Below, piece by piece: positions 36,001-45,563 of a stretch of 64,000 nt of DNA. Positions within the stretch are counted from its first letter, which is position 1. The number at the start of each line of letters is the position of its first letter. The notes under the pieces were generated by a model, which did no database searches, had not been told where the DNA came from, and saw only the letters and a program-made list of their open reading frames with translations. Source of the stretch: a virus (lineage: Duplodnaviria > Heunggongvirae > Uroviricota > Caudoviricetes); the IMG/VR virus record IMGVR_UViG_3300035698_025354, one strand, 5' to 3'. Made by a program: the position numbers and the translations under genes.

Positions 36001-37251
36001 GCTGCTGTTGGAGTTTCTCTGCTTATTGGGTCTATGTCCTTAGGTGTTGCGTCTGTTGCCTTGTATGGTGCATCCAGTGCGATTTATTTAGCTAATGCTG
36101 TGTTTACACCAGCAGCTGCTGCTTTATACCTTTCAGGGAGTGTATTATATGGTGCATCTGAATTAATTCTCATTGCTTCATATAATTTATTATTTTCTTT
36201 TAAAAGATTGTCATATGCCTCTGATACTAGTTTGGAGGTTGGTTATAAATTAGCGTTAGCTGGCACTATGGTCATGTCTGGTGCTGCTATGTTAGCATCT
36301 GGGGCATTTATTTTAGGATTAGCATCTTCTTTAATGGTTTTAGCCGGATCTATGCTATTACCAGCTTCAATATCAATGTTTTTTGGTATGTTGTGGTTAA
36401 GCATGGCGTTGTCTAAATTTTGGAGCATTGCCCCTAAAATCGACACTATTGGTAAAGGGATGCTTTCTCTTGCTACTGGATTCATGATACTTACTGGTTT
36501 AAATTTTGGCGGTTTAACGAATGCTGCTGAAGCTGGATTAAGTTCTATTCCTAAGCTTAACCAATTTGCAACTGAATTAGATAGAGTGTCTGTTAGATTT
36601 GATGATTCTATTGATAGATTTTCAAAGCTAGATGCTAATATTGACGGGTTCGCTGCACGATTAAATATTTCTGCTAATACCTTGGAAAATTCTGTTGATA
36701 AATTTGCTTCACCGGTTAGAAAATTAATTGATGGATTAAATATTTCTGCTAATTCTTTAGATGCTGCTGTAAACAAATTTTCAACACCAGCTGATAGGCT
36801 TGTTGAAACATTGCTTAGAATACAAAATGTTGTTAATAATATTGATTTTCAAGGATTAAATCTTGAATCCGATATAGGTCGCATGGGTATTAATTTAGAA
36901 GAATATGCTACGATGCTTGAAAGAGCATCTGAAAGAATGGAAGTGGCTATTAATTCTAAAGCGATACCCACTATTGAAAATGCTGAAAACGCTGGAATAA
37001 CCGGTATTTCTAGACCGGATTCTATAATGACTGTTAAAATTTTAGATCAGAGAGAAGGTGGTGAAGTTAATAAATCTGAAGAATTATTAACAACATCAAA
37101 TATGCTTCTTATTCAATTATTAGAAGCATTGAAATTAATTGATAATCAAAGCGGAAAAAGCATCTATGATCTTTTGGAATCACATTTGCCACAACTGAAA
37201 AATGATGAGAATGGTTTGATTTCTAATGAGCTTAATGAATGGAATAATTAA
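33022..37251 (+). CDS. tail tape measure protein
   Basis: 1409 aa. Helical N- and C-terminal thirds. Very long Ala/Gly/Leu/Ile-rich central region. Located between the tube and baseplate genes. Confidence 0.8.
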   Translation: MSVDPNIYALNMELSLSTVSAYNELDKFEKSVVDLEESVSSAAQNAINEISRTIDNAAKGLDSIADSIKGINSESDILSSTMSGIGINTSDFGDNVSDQMDDIKKSIDYWQQIHDLNEEIVDFGEQELDRVNSYIKVIQQITKAVDTKNKSHEEELGLVESEFPALQDIYDSYLNIGSAVDDSAKKNRNLFNIIKQVVDVFARADKATDNFTQANYRLYGSQQEIIQNVRILSGELGVTESTTIAAYKALADIKYPREEIGKLAGEIGRLNLITGSSVDTMVLFTHEMRQSGFDAAETSRQLNIMAAAQRSLGLSTFDLNKVMQGSALTISQQLSMFGKDAPAAFQMMDMGLRAISKQVGMSEADIVSWNKSLQATGVESVMIWQRLAGLTAAEASKIENRYGAMGTAAQNFARQAGMSLESLADPSGISQSQQIKLQALADAYEVTVEQMSSMARASLNLTDAQKEQLMTTDGLNKVFEETLKRQKMWSETQATLTRQLQKLKNSLSVVLNVILQLGADALIPLLKVLNVVLSSVAGFINLIRSAIGWLEEWIPGFGYVVSAAKFMIGWVLIAGAAFTVFYKVGAILGGFFNFVTTGMNGIAGVFTSGFNIIKSITSGIMQVLNTIVKGLATSIRIIGKAASTVMLPLLALGAAMLMTGTAAYMLAQSVKIIAEVGWDAVPAIIGLIAAVSILGGVLIFLGSLAQGPVALGMLAVGATLMMVGAAAWLVGAGVDMMANAFLKLAQAVGMLSTDVLPNFASSLLRASYDMFEASVLLLPAVLALLPGAIMLGIVGGILGLSLSIFSYAIGALGDAGVRFEEGIKGILNGSDLINSINWGKFLSSAIALAKIGAALLAASVLFTPAAYIIGSAGLILGSGLKSMAKGAELASSIDFVELANNLMAGGLVLLSAAPIIAYASAAIMPGGLLLLAAGASLLVGASALYAASYLINSSAEYLEPAAAKIKAAVDMLKSSSDDMRASVDDLIVFGSRMAAVGVSLLIGSMSLGVASVALYGASSAIYLANAVFTPAAAALYLSGSVLYGASELILIASYNLLFSFKRLSYASDTSLEVGYKLALAGTMVMSGAAMLASGAFILGLASSLMVLAGSMLLPASISMFFGMLWLSMALSKFWSIAPKIDTIGKGMLSLATGFMILTGLNFGGLTNAAEAGLSSIPKLNQFATELDRVSVRFDDSIDRFSKLDANIDGFAARLNISANTLENSVDKFASPVRKLIDGLNISANSLDAAVNKFSTPADRLVETLLRIQNVVNNIDFQGLNLESDIGRMGINLEEYATMLERASERMEVAINSKAIPTIENAENAGITGISRPDSIMTVKILDQREGGEVNKSEELLTTSNMLLIQLLEALKLIDNQSGKSIYDLLESHLPQLKNDENGLISNELNEWNN

Positions 37252-37856
37252 TGGTTAGTAAGTATACTAGGCAAGATAGAGTGATAGCGGAATTAGTGTA
37301 TCTTAAAATAAGCAGTTTCGATGCTGTTGAATTTCAATTTCCACCGAGGATTCCGTCTGATAATAGAAAAGGTAATTGGGAGGAGAAAGATCTGCCTGGA
37401 ATTGAGCCATTTGCTGTTTATAAGACGTCTGGTGCAAGAGAATTTAGTCTTACTTGGACATATATAGTAGATAGTTATCAAAGTCCTGGCGGCGGATTGC
37501 CTAATTTTGGGAATGGATATTGGACGATAGAGAGAATAAAAAATCAAGTGCAGAAATTGAGAGGGTATTTTGCTGTTTTAAGGGGACTTGATACTAGAGA
37601 AAATATGGTTGTGCAATTCGCATATCCACATTTTACTGGCATTGAAACATGGTCTTGTAGGCTTCGGTCCACTGATGTTAAACATGGTGATACATTAGTG
37701 GGTATTGATGAAAACATATATCCACTAAGGACCGACATTACGTTGGACTTGAGGCTTTGGACTACTGGTATTCCAGACTTTGAAGATGATTTTAAGAGTA
37801 TCCAAGATATTGACGGTCTTGACCCAGAACCTACTTTAGATGATGGATGGTATTAA
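37251..37856 (+). CDS. putative baseplate / tail-tube initiator protein
   Basis: 201 aa, start overlaps the TMP stop (coupled). Positional inference only. Confidence 0.35.
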   Translation: MVSKYTRQDRVIAELVYLKISSFDAVEFQFPPRIPSDNRKGNWEEKDLPGIEPFAVYKTSGAREFSLTWTYIVDSYQSPGGGLPNFGNGYWTIERIKNQVQKLRGYFAVLRGLDTRENMVVQFAYPHFTGIETWSCRLRSTDVKHGDTLVGIDENIYPLRTDITLDLRLWTTGIPDFEDDFKSIQDIDGLDPEPTLDDGWY

Positions 37857-38185
37857 TGCTTGGTGAATTTTCAAGATTTACAAAGACAAATAAAATTATT
37901 GTTGATGGTAAAGAAACATATGGATCATGGCAGACTCAGTCATGGCTAAAAGAAAAACCAGATGATGCATACATATTAGTGTTTAGAGTTAATAATCTTT
38001 TTGAAGGTAGACCTGATTTAATATCAAATCAAGTTTATGGTACACCATTTTTAGATTGGGTTTTAATATCGTTTAATCATAAATATTATGATAATGAGGC
38101 GGATCAAGTTTTAAATTGGCCAAAAGCAGGGTCAATTATCAGATATCCGTCAGAAATTATTGTTTTTCCAGAAATTTCAACATAA
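37847..38185 (+). CDS. hypothetical tail/baseplate-associated protein
   Basis: 112 aa, overlapping the upstream gene end. Confidence 0.4.
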   Translation: MVLMLGEFSRFTKTNKIIVDGKETYGSWQTQSWLKEKPDDAYILVFRVNNLFEGRPDLISNQVYGTPFLDWVLISFNHKYYDNEADQVLNWPKAGSIIRYPSEIIVFPEIST

Positions 38186-38380
38186 TTCTGTTCTACATTC
38201 CGCACATTGTGATAATATCAGACTGCACTTATCACAAAGTTTTGGTGGGCTACCAACTGCAGCATCAACTTTGTTTCCACAATTCTCGCAATTTCCCTGT
38301 GAGCATCTTGCTCCACCAATTATACCACGACATTTGTAACAAACTTTTCTACGTTTTCCATATCCTTTTAATTTTTTCAT
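38177..38380 (-). CDS. small Cys-rich zinc-ribbon protein
   Basis: 67 aa with 12 cysteines in CxxC pairs (CYKCRG...CSQGNCENCGN...CDKC...CAEC). Confidence 0.4.
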   Translation of the reverse strand: MKKLKGYGKRRKVCYKCRGIIGGARCSQGNCENCGNKVDAAVGSPPKLCDKCSLILSQCAECRTELC

Positions 38381-39681
38381 ATTATGCTACCTCCGACTTT
38401 TTCGGCTGATGAATTATGATCATATCTTGACAAGTATAAATCTGTGAGCCATCTACCATTTTGGACTTTGTGTTGAAAACCATAGATTATCCAATTTCCG
38501 GATAAAAACCATAACTTTTTCCCACTGCTTGCTGCTGACATCCATTTTATAAATACTGTGTCGGTTCCTAAACCCTTACAGCTTGACCATTCTCCGTGTC
38601 CTACAACTGTTAATTTCATCCTCATAAGACCATTTGTGAGACCTAAAAATATCCCTCTTGGTCTACCATCAATATATTGGTTATACTTTAGTCCAAGATC
38701 TCCTGCCGAATAAATTTCTGGTATTGCAGAAATAGAAGTCCATCCTACTTTTGGTGGGTCAGACCCTGGCGAATCATCTGGCTTAGAAAATGATTGATCT
38801 GGTTTTGTTTGAGCTATTTTCTTATGTGATGTCGTGGTGTCTTTTGCGAATACCATTGTCTCTTCTGGGTCTGTTGTCCTGTCCAAATATTGCCCTGAAA
38901 CTGCAGATAATCCTTGTGTTATGATTTTAGTTTCCGCTATTGATAAAGCGTTATTTGCTAGAAATTCCCATTTGCTAATTGTGTCGTGTGCTTCACCATC
39001 CCAGAATCTGTAATATGCTCTTGGGATTGATCTTATATCTGCTTGCTCTTTTATTTCTAATTTTTTACCATCTACAATCACTATCCAATTTGTTTTATTA
39101 ATAGTTATTGATGATGACCAATCTAATAATGACCCTATAAATGTTTTAGGGTCCATTCTCATCATTTGCCACTTGTTGTGCTTTGAATCGAGGGTAGAAC
39201 TTACTTCTACTTCAATGTCCGGTGCGTATTCGTTTACGACTTGTTTTATAACTCCTTGGACATTTCCGGTGTATATCTTGCCAGATCCGTCTCCTGTGTT
39301 AAGATGCCAAGATGGTATATCTATTCCTATAAATTCGAGATATGCATTATCCGATGACTCTCCATATGCTTTTAAGCTTGTAACGTATGTTGATTGATAA
39401 TCTGTTGCCTTTTCAGGCACTGGTTGTGATCCAGCCCCCCATTTTATTTTGAATTTCATTAGGAGGGTTTTACTTCTTGACTCTTGTAAATAACCCGAAT
39501 CTATTAGGATTCTTTGTAAATTAAAATGGGGGTCGAAAAGTTTTACTTTTACAATATATCCGCCATTTAACATTCCCTTGAATTCTAATTTACTAAATTT
39601 AATTCCCCAATCTTTTCCATTAACATCTGGGAAATATAATTCAATTTGTGGTCTTGCTTCAGCTTTAGGAATACTTGGCAT
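38377..39681 (-). CDS. hypothetical protein (possible baseplate hub/gpD-like or moron), reverse-oriented inside the baseplate module
   Basis: 434 aa, translationally coupled to the zinc-ribbon gene. No confident motif. Confidence 0.4.
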   Translation of the reverse strand: MPSIPKAEARPQIELYFPDVNGKDWGIKFSKLEFKGMLNGGYIVKVKLFDPHFNLQRILIDSGYLQESRSKTLLMKFKIKWGAGSQPVPEKATDYQSTYVTSLKAYGESSDNAYLEFIGIDIPSWHLNTGDGSGKIYTGNVQGVIKQVVNEYAPDIEVEVSSTLDSKHNKWQMMRMDPKTFIGSLLDWSSSITINKTNWIVIVDGKKLEIKEQADIRSIPRAYYRFWDGEAHDTISKWEFLANNALSIAETKIITQGLSAVSGQYLDRTTDPEETMVFAKDTTTSHKKIAQTKPDQSFSKPDDSPGSDPPKVGWTSISAIPEIYSAGDLGLKYNQYIDGRPRGIFLGLTNGLMRMKLTVVGHGEWSSCKGLGTDTVFIKWMSAASSGKKLWFLSGNWIIYGFQHKVQNGRWLTDLYLSRYDHNSSAEKVGGSII

Positions 39682-39979
39682 GCGTTTACTCTGGATACAT
39701 TATAAAGGTAAGACTTCTAAATACGTACTTTTGTTGGAACTCGGACGCACTAGTGATAAAATAATTGGAATAGACACAAAAGGTATTAGCACGAATATAC
39801 GGAAAAAAATTACATCAAATGTCAAATCACTCAAAAATTTATCTTTGGATAAGAAAATAGTATGGTTGAAAAATAATTGCCCACACGCTATGCCTAGTTG
39901 TAAATCATTACTAATAAGTAATTCTAATATTGTAAAGATATATGACATTCCGGAATAAATATAACTTTAGGAATAAAAC

Positions 39980-42163
39980 ATGTCAGATAATGTATCAGTA
40001 ATTTGGAATAAGTTCTTTAATGAGAGAACTAAAAGTATTTGGGAAAAATTCTCAGGTAAACTAAGGGCTCTTGTAGTTGAAACAAATGACCCATTAAATA
40101 TGGGTAGAGTAAAATTCAAATGCCCGGAATTACATGACTTTGATGTTGATGTAAAAGATTGCCCATGGGCTGTTCCGGATTTTGACTTAGGTGGTAAAAG
40201 AGCAGCAAGATTCTCATGCCCTGTTGTAGGAGATTGGGTGTGGATAACATTTGAAAAAAACCATGCATATAGCCCAGTATGGACCGGGTTTGCCACACCA
40301 ACTAGAAGAAAATATTACGCATATCCTCAGATATCTAATGTTTCACCACTATCTGTTGATGAAGGTGGAAATCCGGCAGATAAACCAATTGATTATGATG
40401 AAAACTATCTTCCATCGGATGGAAGACCAATGTCGCACGGTTGGATAGATAGGTATGGTCATTTAGATATACATTCATCTGTTGGTTATTACCCAGCAGA
40501 ACACAAAGACCCACCACCATCACCTGATTACGATGCGGTTGGTGGCGGTGAATTTGAGCAACAAAAAAGATCTCCGAAAGTAAACAACCCAGATAAAAAG
40601 TATATGGCTAGGGTTACAAAATATGGTAATATATTTTTAATGGGAGATCAAGGATATTATTGGAAAAATGAAGGTGATTATGGTGAATTTTCTGGAAATC
40701 CAGAAGAAGATGAAAAATTTGAAACTAAAAGATGGCTTTATGTTCAGAAGTTGTTGAATGATAATATCCCAGACTCTTCTCAGCCAGGCGGCGATCAACG
40801 TAAAATGCTGATCATGAGCAGGTATGGTACTAGGTTTGAAATACGTGATGTTGGATGGGCTCAAGAAGGTCCCGTAAAGTCAATGTCTCGTAGTAATGAA
40901 TTTGGGCCACCGAGAATTTTGTCTAAAGAAACTAAGCAAGATTTTAGATGGGTAAAAATAAGAACTAAGGGTGGGATGTTATTTCAAGCTTATGATAAAG
41001 GAGCACATCCAAATGATGATAAATTTATCAGAAGACCTCTTTTGGAAGAAAGTGGTCCTAGAAGTGAACAAGAAAATAAGCATTGGGGCGGCGATAAAGA
41101 TGCTAGATGGATTAGACTAGTCACACGACATGGTATTAAATTTGTTTTGGATGATAGAGGATCTGATGATAAAAATGCTGATAAAAGGGAATCACCACGA
41201 GGAGTTGGTGTTTTAATTAAAGGTCGAAGAACCCCCAGTGTTAAAAAGAAAGGGTTAAAAGGTAATCCAAGAGGATTTCTTTGGGAATTTAATGAAAATG
41301 ATGATGCTAATCATACTACATGGGCATCTCCTCGTGGTCAATCTATCGAGATGAATGATAGATATCAATATACTATGATGGTATCGTCAATGGGCAAGGG
41401 ATGGGTTAGAAAATACAGAGGATTGAAACAAAATGAATTTATAAGAAAACCACTTATGCTTAGAAGTCCTGAATTTAGGACACATCATTTAAAACTTGAT
41501 CATGATAATGAATATGTAAGATTTAAGACACGGGGTGGCAAAGGAACCAAACCGAGAGGTGGGGTGAATCCAAGTGGTGTTGGTAAGAGAGAAATCCAAC
41601 AGGGTCTTGAGGCTAGAGATGGTCGAAAAGGAGATGGCCCATGGGTTGAGATTAATGATTGTCAACGTCGCGGTATGTGGTTTAGTAAAAAGCAACAACT
41701 TGGGGTATGGAGGTCTAAAAAAGGCAGGAGAATGTATCAATGGTTTGATGATCGAGCTAAAAAGATAATCATATTTAATAATGAGGAATTAGGTGTAATT
41801 GAGATTTATGCCAATCAAAAGGTTAATGTTATTTCTAATAATGATATAAATCTTAGAGCCGATGGTAATGTGAATATTAAAGCTGGTCGGGCGATTAGAA
41901 TGCAAGCTGGTGGGTCTAAGCTTACAATAAGGGATTCTATTAGAACAAATGCTGATTACTTTGGTCCAAAGGTAACTGGGTTTATTACGGGGACATTTCC
42001 TGGTCCGGGAGCTGGATCTCCAGCTCCCGGTGGTGATACAGTGGAAAGAATAGTTAGACCAATTCAACCTGAGCAATTGGAACCCAAAGATAGAGGTAGG
42101 ACTTACAATGGTCCTTTTGAAGAGTGTCCAAGAGATGAAGTGGAGCATAGGACTGAAGAATGA
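39980..42163 (+). CDS. baseplate central spike protein (gp5/gpV-like, OB-fold N-domain + C-terminal beta-helix)
   Basis: N-terminus LRALVVETNDPLNMGRVKFKCPEL...WAVPDFDLGG...FSCPVVGDWVWITFEKNHAYSPVWTG matches the phage_base_V/gp5 OB-fold signature. C-terminal GVIEIYANQKVNVISNNDINLRADGNVNIKAG is beta-helix-like. Confidence 0.7.
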   Translation: MSDNVSVIWNKFFNERTKSIWEKFSGKLRALVVETNDPLNMGRVKFKCPELHDFDVDVKDCPWAVPDFDLGGKRAARFSCPVVGDWVWITFEKNHAYSPVWTGFATPTRRKYYAYPQISNVSPLSVDEGGNPADKPIDYDENYLPSDGRPMSHGWIDRYGHLDIHSSVGYYPAEHKDPPPSPDYDAVGGGEFEQQKRSPKVNNPDKKYMARVTKYGNIFLMGDQGYYWKNEGDYGEFSGNPEEDEKFETKRWLYVQKLLNDNIPDSSQPGGDQRKMLIMSRYGTRFEIRDVGWAQEGPVKSMSRSNEFGPPRILSKETKQDFRWVKIRTKGGMLFQAYDKGAHPNDDKFIRRPLLEESGPRSEQENKHWGGDKDARWIRLVTRHGIKFVLDDRGSDDKNADKRESPRGVGVLIKGRRTPSVKKKGLKGNPRGFLWEFNENDDANHTTWASPRGQSIEMNDRYQYTMMVSSMGKGWVRKYRGLKQNEFIRKPLMLRSPEFRTHHLKLDHDNEYVRFKTRGGKGTKPRGGVNPSGVGKREIQQGLEARDGRKGDGPWVEINDCQRRGMWFSKKQQLGVWRSKKGRRMYQWFDDRAKKIIIFNNEELGVIEIYANQKVNVISNNDINLRADGNVNIKAGRAIRMQAGGSKLTIRDSIRTNADYFGPKVTGFITGTFPGPGAGSPAPGGDTVERIVRPIQPEQLEPKDRGRTYNGPFEECPRDEVEHRTEE

Positions 42164-42888
42164 TTATAAATTATCCAACTGGGTTATATAAAACAGCATT
42201 ACCTGTTGGCACTAAATCTGGTAATATAACTTTTGTAATTAGCAATGGGCCACCACCTAGAACTAATTTATTATTCCCTAAAATACCATCTGGGATTGTT
42301 GTTAGAGAAAAAGAACCTAAGACAATAAGCGACCAACAAAGAAGAGATGCGGTCGGAGAATTAATTTACTCATCTTCATACTCGTCAAAATCAATCGCTG
42401 GTGACAGCTCAAACATGTATGAGATTGGTCAAGTAATTGATTTTGACGATAATGCTTCTGGCTCTATTGATCCAATGTATGTTTCTGCTAGAAATGAAAC
42501 AAAGCATAATACTAATCAATTTGATTATGATAAATTGCAAATTGATGCTAGTGAGGTTGCTTTATTGAATAAAGTTTCAAGTGAAACTCAAAAATTGTTA
42601 TCTGATAAATTAAATTCTGCTAAGGAAAAACGTGCGAATGCTGAAGAAAAAATTACTGCTCAACAAAAGATTATAAATGAGTCTAATAGGAATATCTCAG
42701 CTTTAGAAGTTATGATTTTAAATTCAAGTGAAGATGATGATATTGTTGATCTTTTGAATAAATTTGAAAATAAGAAAAATGCTGCGTTGGAAATCAGGGA
42801 TTTGGCTATTATTGAAGCTAATCAATCAGCCGCTGATGCTTATGTTATTAATGATCAATTAAATGCTGTTTCAGTGGTGGTAAAATAA
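42160..42888 (+). CDS. hypothetical baseplate-associated protein
   Basis: 242 aa, coupled to the spike gene. Coiled-coil C-terminal half. Confidence 0.4.
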   Translation: MIINYPTGLYKTALPVGTKSGNITFVISNGPPPRTNLLFPKIPSGIVVREKEPKTISDQQRRDAVGELIYSSSYSSKSIAGDSSNMYEIGQVIDFDDNASGSIDPMYVSARNETKHNTNQFDYDKLQIDASEVALLNKVSSETQKLLSDKLNSAKEKRANAEEKITAQQKIINESNRNISALEVMILNSSEDDDIVDLLNKFENKKNAALEIRDLAIIEANQSAADAYVINDQLNAVSVVVK

Positions 42889-43274
42889 TGGCTGAGTATT
42901 ATGGGATGAACCCACCATTTATTGGCGGAGCACAAAATGTTCTTTCTAGGCAAGAAGATGAGCAATTGATTAAGAATGATTTATTACAATTGCTTTTGAC
43001 TATTCCTGGGGAGCGTGTGAATAGGCCAAAATTTGGTACTCCTTTGAGATCGTATGTTTTTGAGCAAGGTGCTAAGGCAGATTTAATATCATTGCAACAA
43101 GATGTGTCGTTGTCTATAGCTACTTTTGAGAAGCGTGTTAATAAAGAATTTTTACAAATTACTTTTAATGAAGATGAAAATAAACTGTTAATAAAACTTA
43201 TAGTTTCTATTAAAAAAGATCCTAAGAAGCAACTAACAATACAAACATTTATTGATTCGCCAGCAAATCAGTAG
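42888..43274 (+). CDS. baseplate wedge protein gp25/GPW family
   Basis: 128 aa. NPPFIGGAQNVLSRQEDEQLIKNDLLQLLLTIPGERVNRPKFGTPL matches the GPW/gp25 lysozyme-like fold signature. Confidence 0.7.
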   Translation: MAEYYGMNPPFIGGAQNVLSRQEDEQLIKNDLLQLLLTIPGERVNRPKFGTPLRSYVFEQGAKADLISLQQDVSLSIATFEKRVNKEFLQITFNEDENKLLIKLIVSIKKDPKKQLTIQTFIDSPANQ

Positions 43275-43282
43275 GGATTATT

Positions 43283-44869
43283 ATGGCCGACATAGAAACT
43301 TTGTTTGACTTACCTAATTCTCCAGATGAGATTGGTGTTTTTTTACCTGAGTCTAATTTACGTAAAATTGATTTTAGTAGTCTTGATTATGATAATTCTA
43401 GAAGAGCTATAATAGAATATATCCAAACATATTTTCCAGATGATTTTAATGATTTCGTTGCTAGCAACGGGGTTATAATGATAATGGAAATTATAGCAGC
43501 TACGACATCTAAATTATCATTACGGAGTGATTTGTCTGCTAATGAAGGATTTTTACCAACCGCTAAATCTGAAGAAGCTATTGTTAACCATCTTGCACTT
43601 ATAAATCAAAGAATAAAAAGGCAAACACCAGCTATTGTTGATATTGAGTGTACCCTTGATTTACCGTCGTTTACAGATGTTGAAATAACTGCAGGTACCA
43701 AATTCTCTGTCACTGGTCCAGATAATACTCAGATTCTTTATGAGGTTTATAGTGCACCAAATGATTGGACTAGTAATATTATAATTCCAGCAAATAAAAG
43801 GGGAGTTATAGCTTGGGGTATTCAAGGTCAATTTGCTACACCTTCAACATTTGTTAGTTCTGGTGGTTCCAATCAAGAATATGATATTGTTGATTCTAAC
43901 ATTCTTGAAGACCCAATCACTGTGACTATTCAACTTGGTGAGGATATTGAGGAATGGTTTGTTATTACTGAGCCGATTGAAAGATACTCAGCTAATGATA
44001 AAGTTGTTGAAGTGAACTTTATTGGAGATAAAGCAGTCTTTAGGTTTGGTGATGATATTACCGGTAAGGCACCATTATCTGGATCTATTGTGAAAATTAG
44101 TTATAGGGTTGGTGGTGGTAAAGTTGGTAGGATTGGTGTTGGGCAGATTAGCACAACTGCACAATTTACTTCTAATCCTCCATCCAGATCATCTGTTACA
44201 ATTAATTTTAGAAATATTACCCCGTCTAGTGGTGGTGTTGATAAAGAAACGTTGTCTCAAGCTAAAAAACGTGCCCCTAGAGATTTTGCCTTACAAAGGA
44301 GTATTGTCACTGCTTCTGATTATTCTCAAGCTGCTAATTCATTTAGCCATCCAGCATTTGGGTCTATTTCTAAAGCCATTGCGACAGTAAGGACTTCTTT
44401 AAATGCGAATAGAGTTGAGATTTATGCATTATCCCAAGGGCCAGATGATATACCGATTATACCAAATGCTGGTTTGAAGACTGGTTTGGCAACTTATTTT
44501 AGAAATTTGAATGTTCTTACTGATAATATAGTTGTTTTAGATGGTATATTGAAGCCAGTCGATATCGATATGAACATTATTATTGACAGAAATGCTGATG
44601 CATCTGTTGTTAAGACTAGGGTTGAATCGTTACTGGATGATTATTTTGATTCAAGTAATTGGGATATGGGTGAGTCATTATATATTTCTAATTTAATTGA
44701 ATTAATTAAATCTATTGATGGCATAACATATGTTGATTTGTTCTCTCCAAATGACAATATTTTGAAGACTAATAAGTTGTATGAAGAAGGTTCTTTTGGG
44801 ATTGGTATAAATGAGTTAATTGTGGCTGGTAAGCGAAAAACAAATTATTATTATGATAAGGTGAAATAA
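43283..44869 (+). CDS. baseplate J-like protein (gp6-like)
   Basis: 528 aa immediately after the gp25-like gene. Size and position fit the conserved gpW-gpJ pair. Motif match is loose. Confidence 0.55.
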   Translation: MADIETLFDLPNSPDEIGVFLPESNLRKIDFSSLDYDNSRRAIIEYIQTYFPDDFNDFVASNGVIMIMEIIAATTSKLSLRSDLSANEGFLPTAKSEEAIVNHLALINQRIKRQTPAIVDIECTLDLPSFTDVEITAGTKFSVTGPDNTQILYEVYSAPNDWTSNIIIPANKRGVIAWGIQGQFATPSTFVSSGGSNQEYDIVDSNILEDPITVTIQLGEDIEEWFVITEPIERYSANDKVVEVNFIGDKAVFRFGDDITGKAPLSGSIVKISYRVGGGKVGRIGVGQISTTAQFTSNPPSRSSVTINFRNITPSSGGVDKETLSQAKKRAPRDFALQRSIVTASDYSQAANSFSHPAFGSISKAIATVRTSLNANRVEIYALSQGPDDIPIIPNAGLKTGLATYFRNLNVLTDNIVVLDGILKPVDIDMNIIIDRNADASVVKTRVESLLDDYFDSSNWDMGESLYISNLIELIKSIDGITYVDLFSPNDNILKTNKLYEEGSFGIGINELIVAGKRKTNYYYDKVK

Positions 44870-45241
44870 ATGCTTGGTTTACCGGAGGGTAAAGATTGGG
44901 GAACTACACAATGCATTTTTAAAAATGATAGTGTTGAGGTTCATCGGATTTTTGCTTTTAAAGGTGGTTATTGCTCTGAGCATGTGCATTCTTCAAAGTT
45001 TAATCAATTTTATGTTGAATCTGGTTCTTTGGAGGTAAGCATTTTTAGTAATAATAACCAACAAAGTATGCATAGTGCAAAATCAACTGTTAATCATGGA
45101 ATGTCTTTAGTTGTGAAGCCTGGTGTTAAACATAAATTTGAGGCAATGGAAGATACTATTGCCTTTGAGATTTATTGGACTGAGATTGATAGTTTTGATA
45201 TTACAAGATATAAATCAGGTGGGATTGTTAATGATCCATGA
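44870..45241 (+). CDS. cupin-domain protein
   Basis: 123 aa. FKGGYCSEHVHSSKFNQFYVESGSLEV matches a cupin motif-1-like G(x)5HxH(x)n pattern. Confidence 0.4.
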   Translation: MLGLPEGKDWGTTQCIFKNDSVEVHRIFAFKGGYCSEHVHSSKFNQFYVESGSLEVSIFSNNNQQSMHSAKSTVNHGMSLVVKPGVKHKFEAMEDTIAFEIYWTEIDSFDITRYKSGGIVNDP

Positions 45242-45266
45242 ATGCCGGTTAATTATGTCATAAATA

Positions 45267-45539
45267 TTATTCTGTTTTTAATTGTTCTAGGATGCTTTCT
45301 TTGATATTTTTTAGAACATGTGCTGTTAGCTTTCCGATATCATATTCGTCACCACGCATAAAAACTATTGGGTGATCTTCATCTGGGTGTATTGCTATTG
45401 CGATAGCTAATTCAACTTTTTCTGATTCGCATTTTTCACCAAATCCATTCATCAGCGTATGGAATCGTTCTTCAAAAATTTGTTGTGGATTTTCTACCTT
45501 TGCGTTTTCTTCTTCATCGGATTGGATTTCTTCTTTCAT
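45267..45539 (-). CDS. acidic hypothetical protein
   Basis: 90 aa. RBS AGGAAA before the ATG on the minus strand. Glu/Asp-rich. Confidence 0.4.
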   Translation of the reverse strand: MKEEIQSDEEENAKVENPQQIFEERFHTLMNGFGEKCESEKVELAIAIAIHPDEDHPIVFMRGDEYDIGKLTAHVLKNIKESILEQLKTE

Positions 45540-45563
45540 TTTATTTTCCTGTATTTGGTTGTT

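Noticed and set aside
34145-36776. Several minus-strand ORFs (75-215 aa) inside the tape measure gene
   Set aside because: They arise from reverse-complement reading of the Ala/Gly/Leu-rich (GCN/GGN-rich) central region of the TMP. No RBSs. Products are low-complexity.
33022-37251. Reading the long hydrophobic middle of the 1409 aa protein as a multi-pass membrane transporter
   Set aside because: Its position between tube and baseplate genes, helical flanks and length fit a tape measure protein. T4-type TMPs commonly have such hydrophobic cores.
45459-45563. Upstream extension of ORF 45459..46253 (MESFFKNLLWIFYLCVFFFIG...)
   Set aside because: The Phe-rich extension is antisense to the well-formed minus-strand gene 45267..45539. 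The ATG at 45564 gives a sensible N-terminus.
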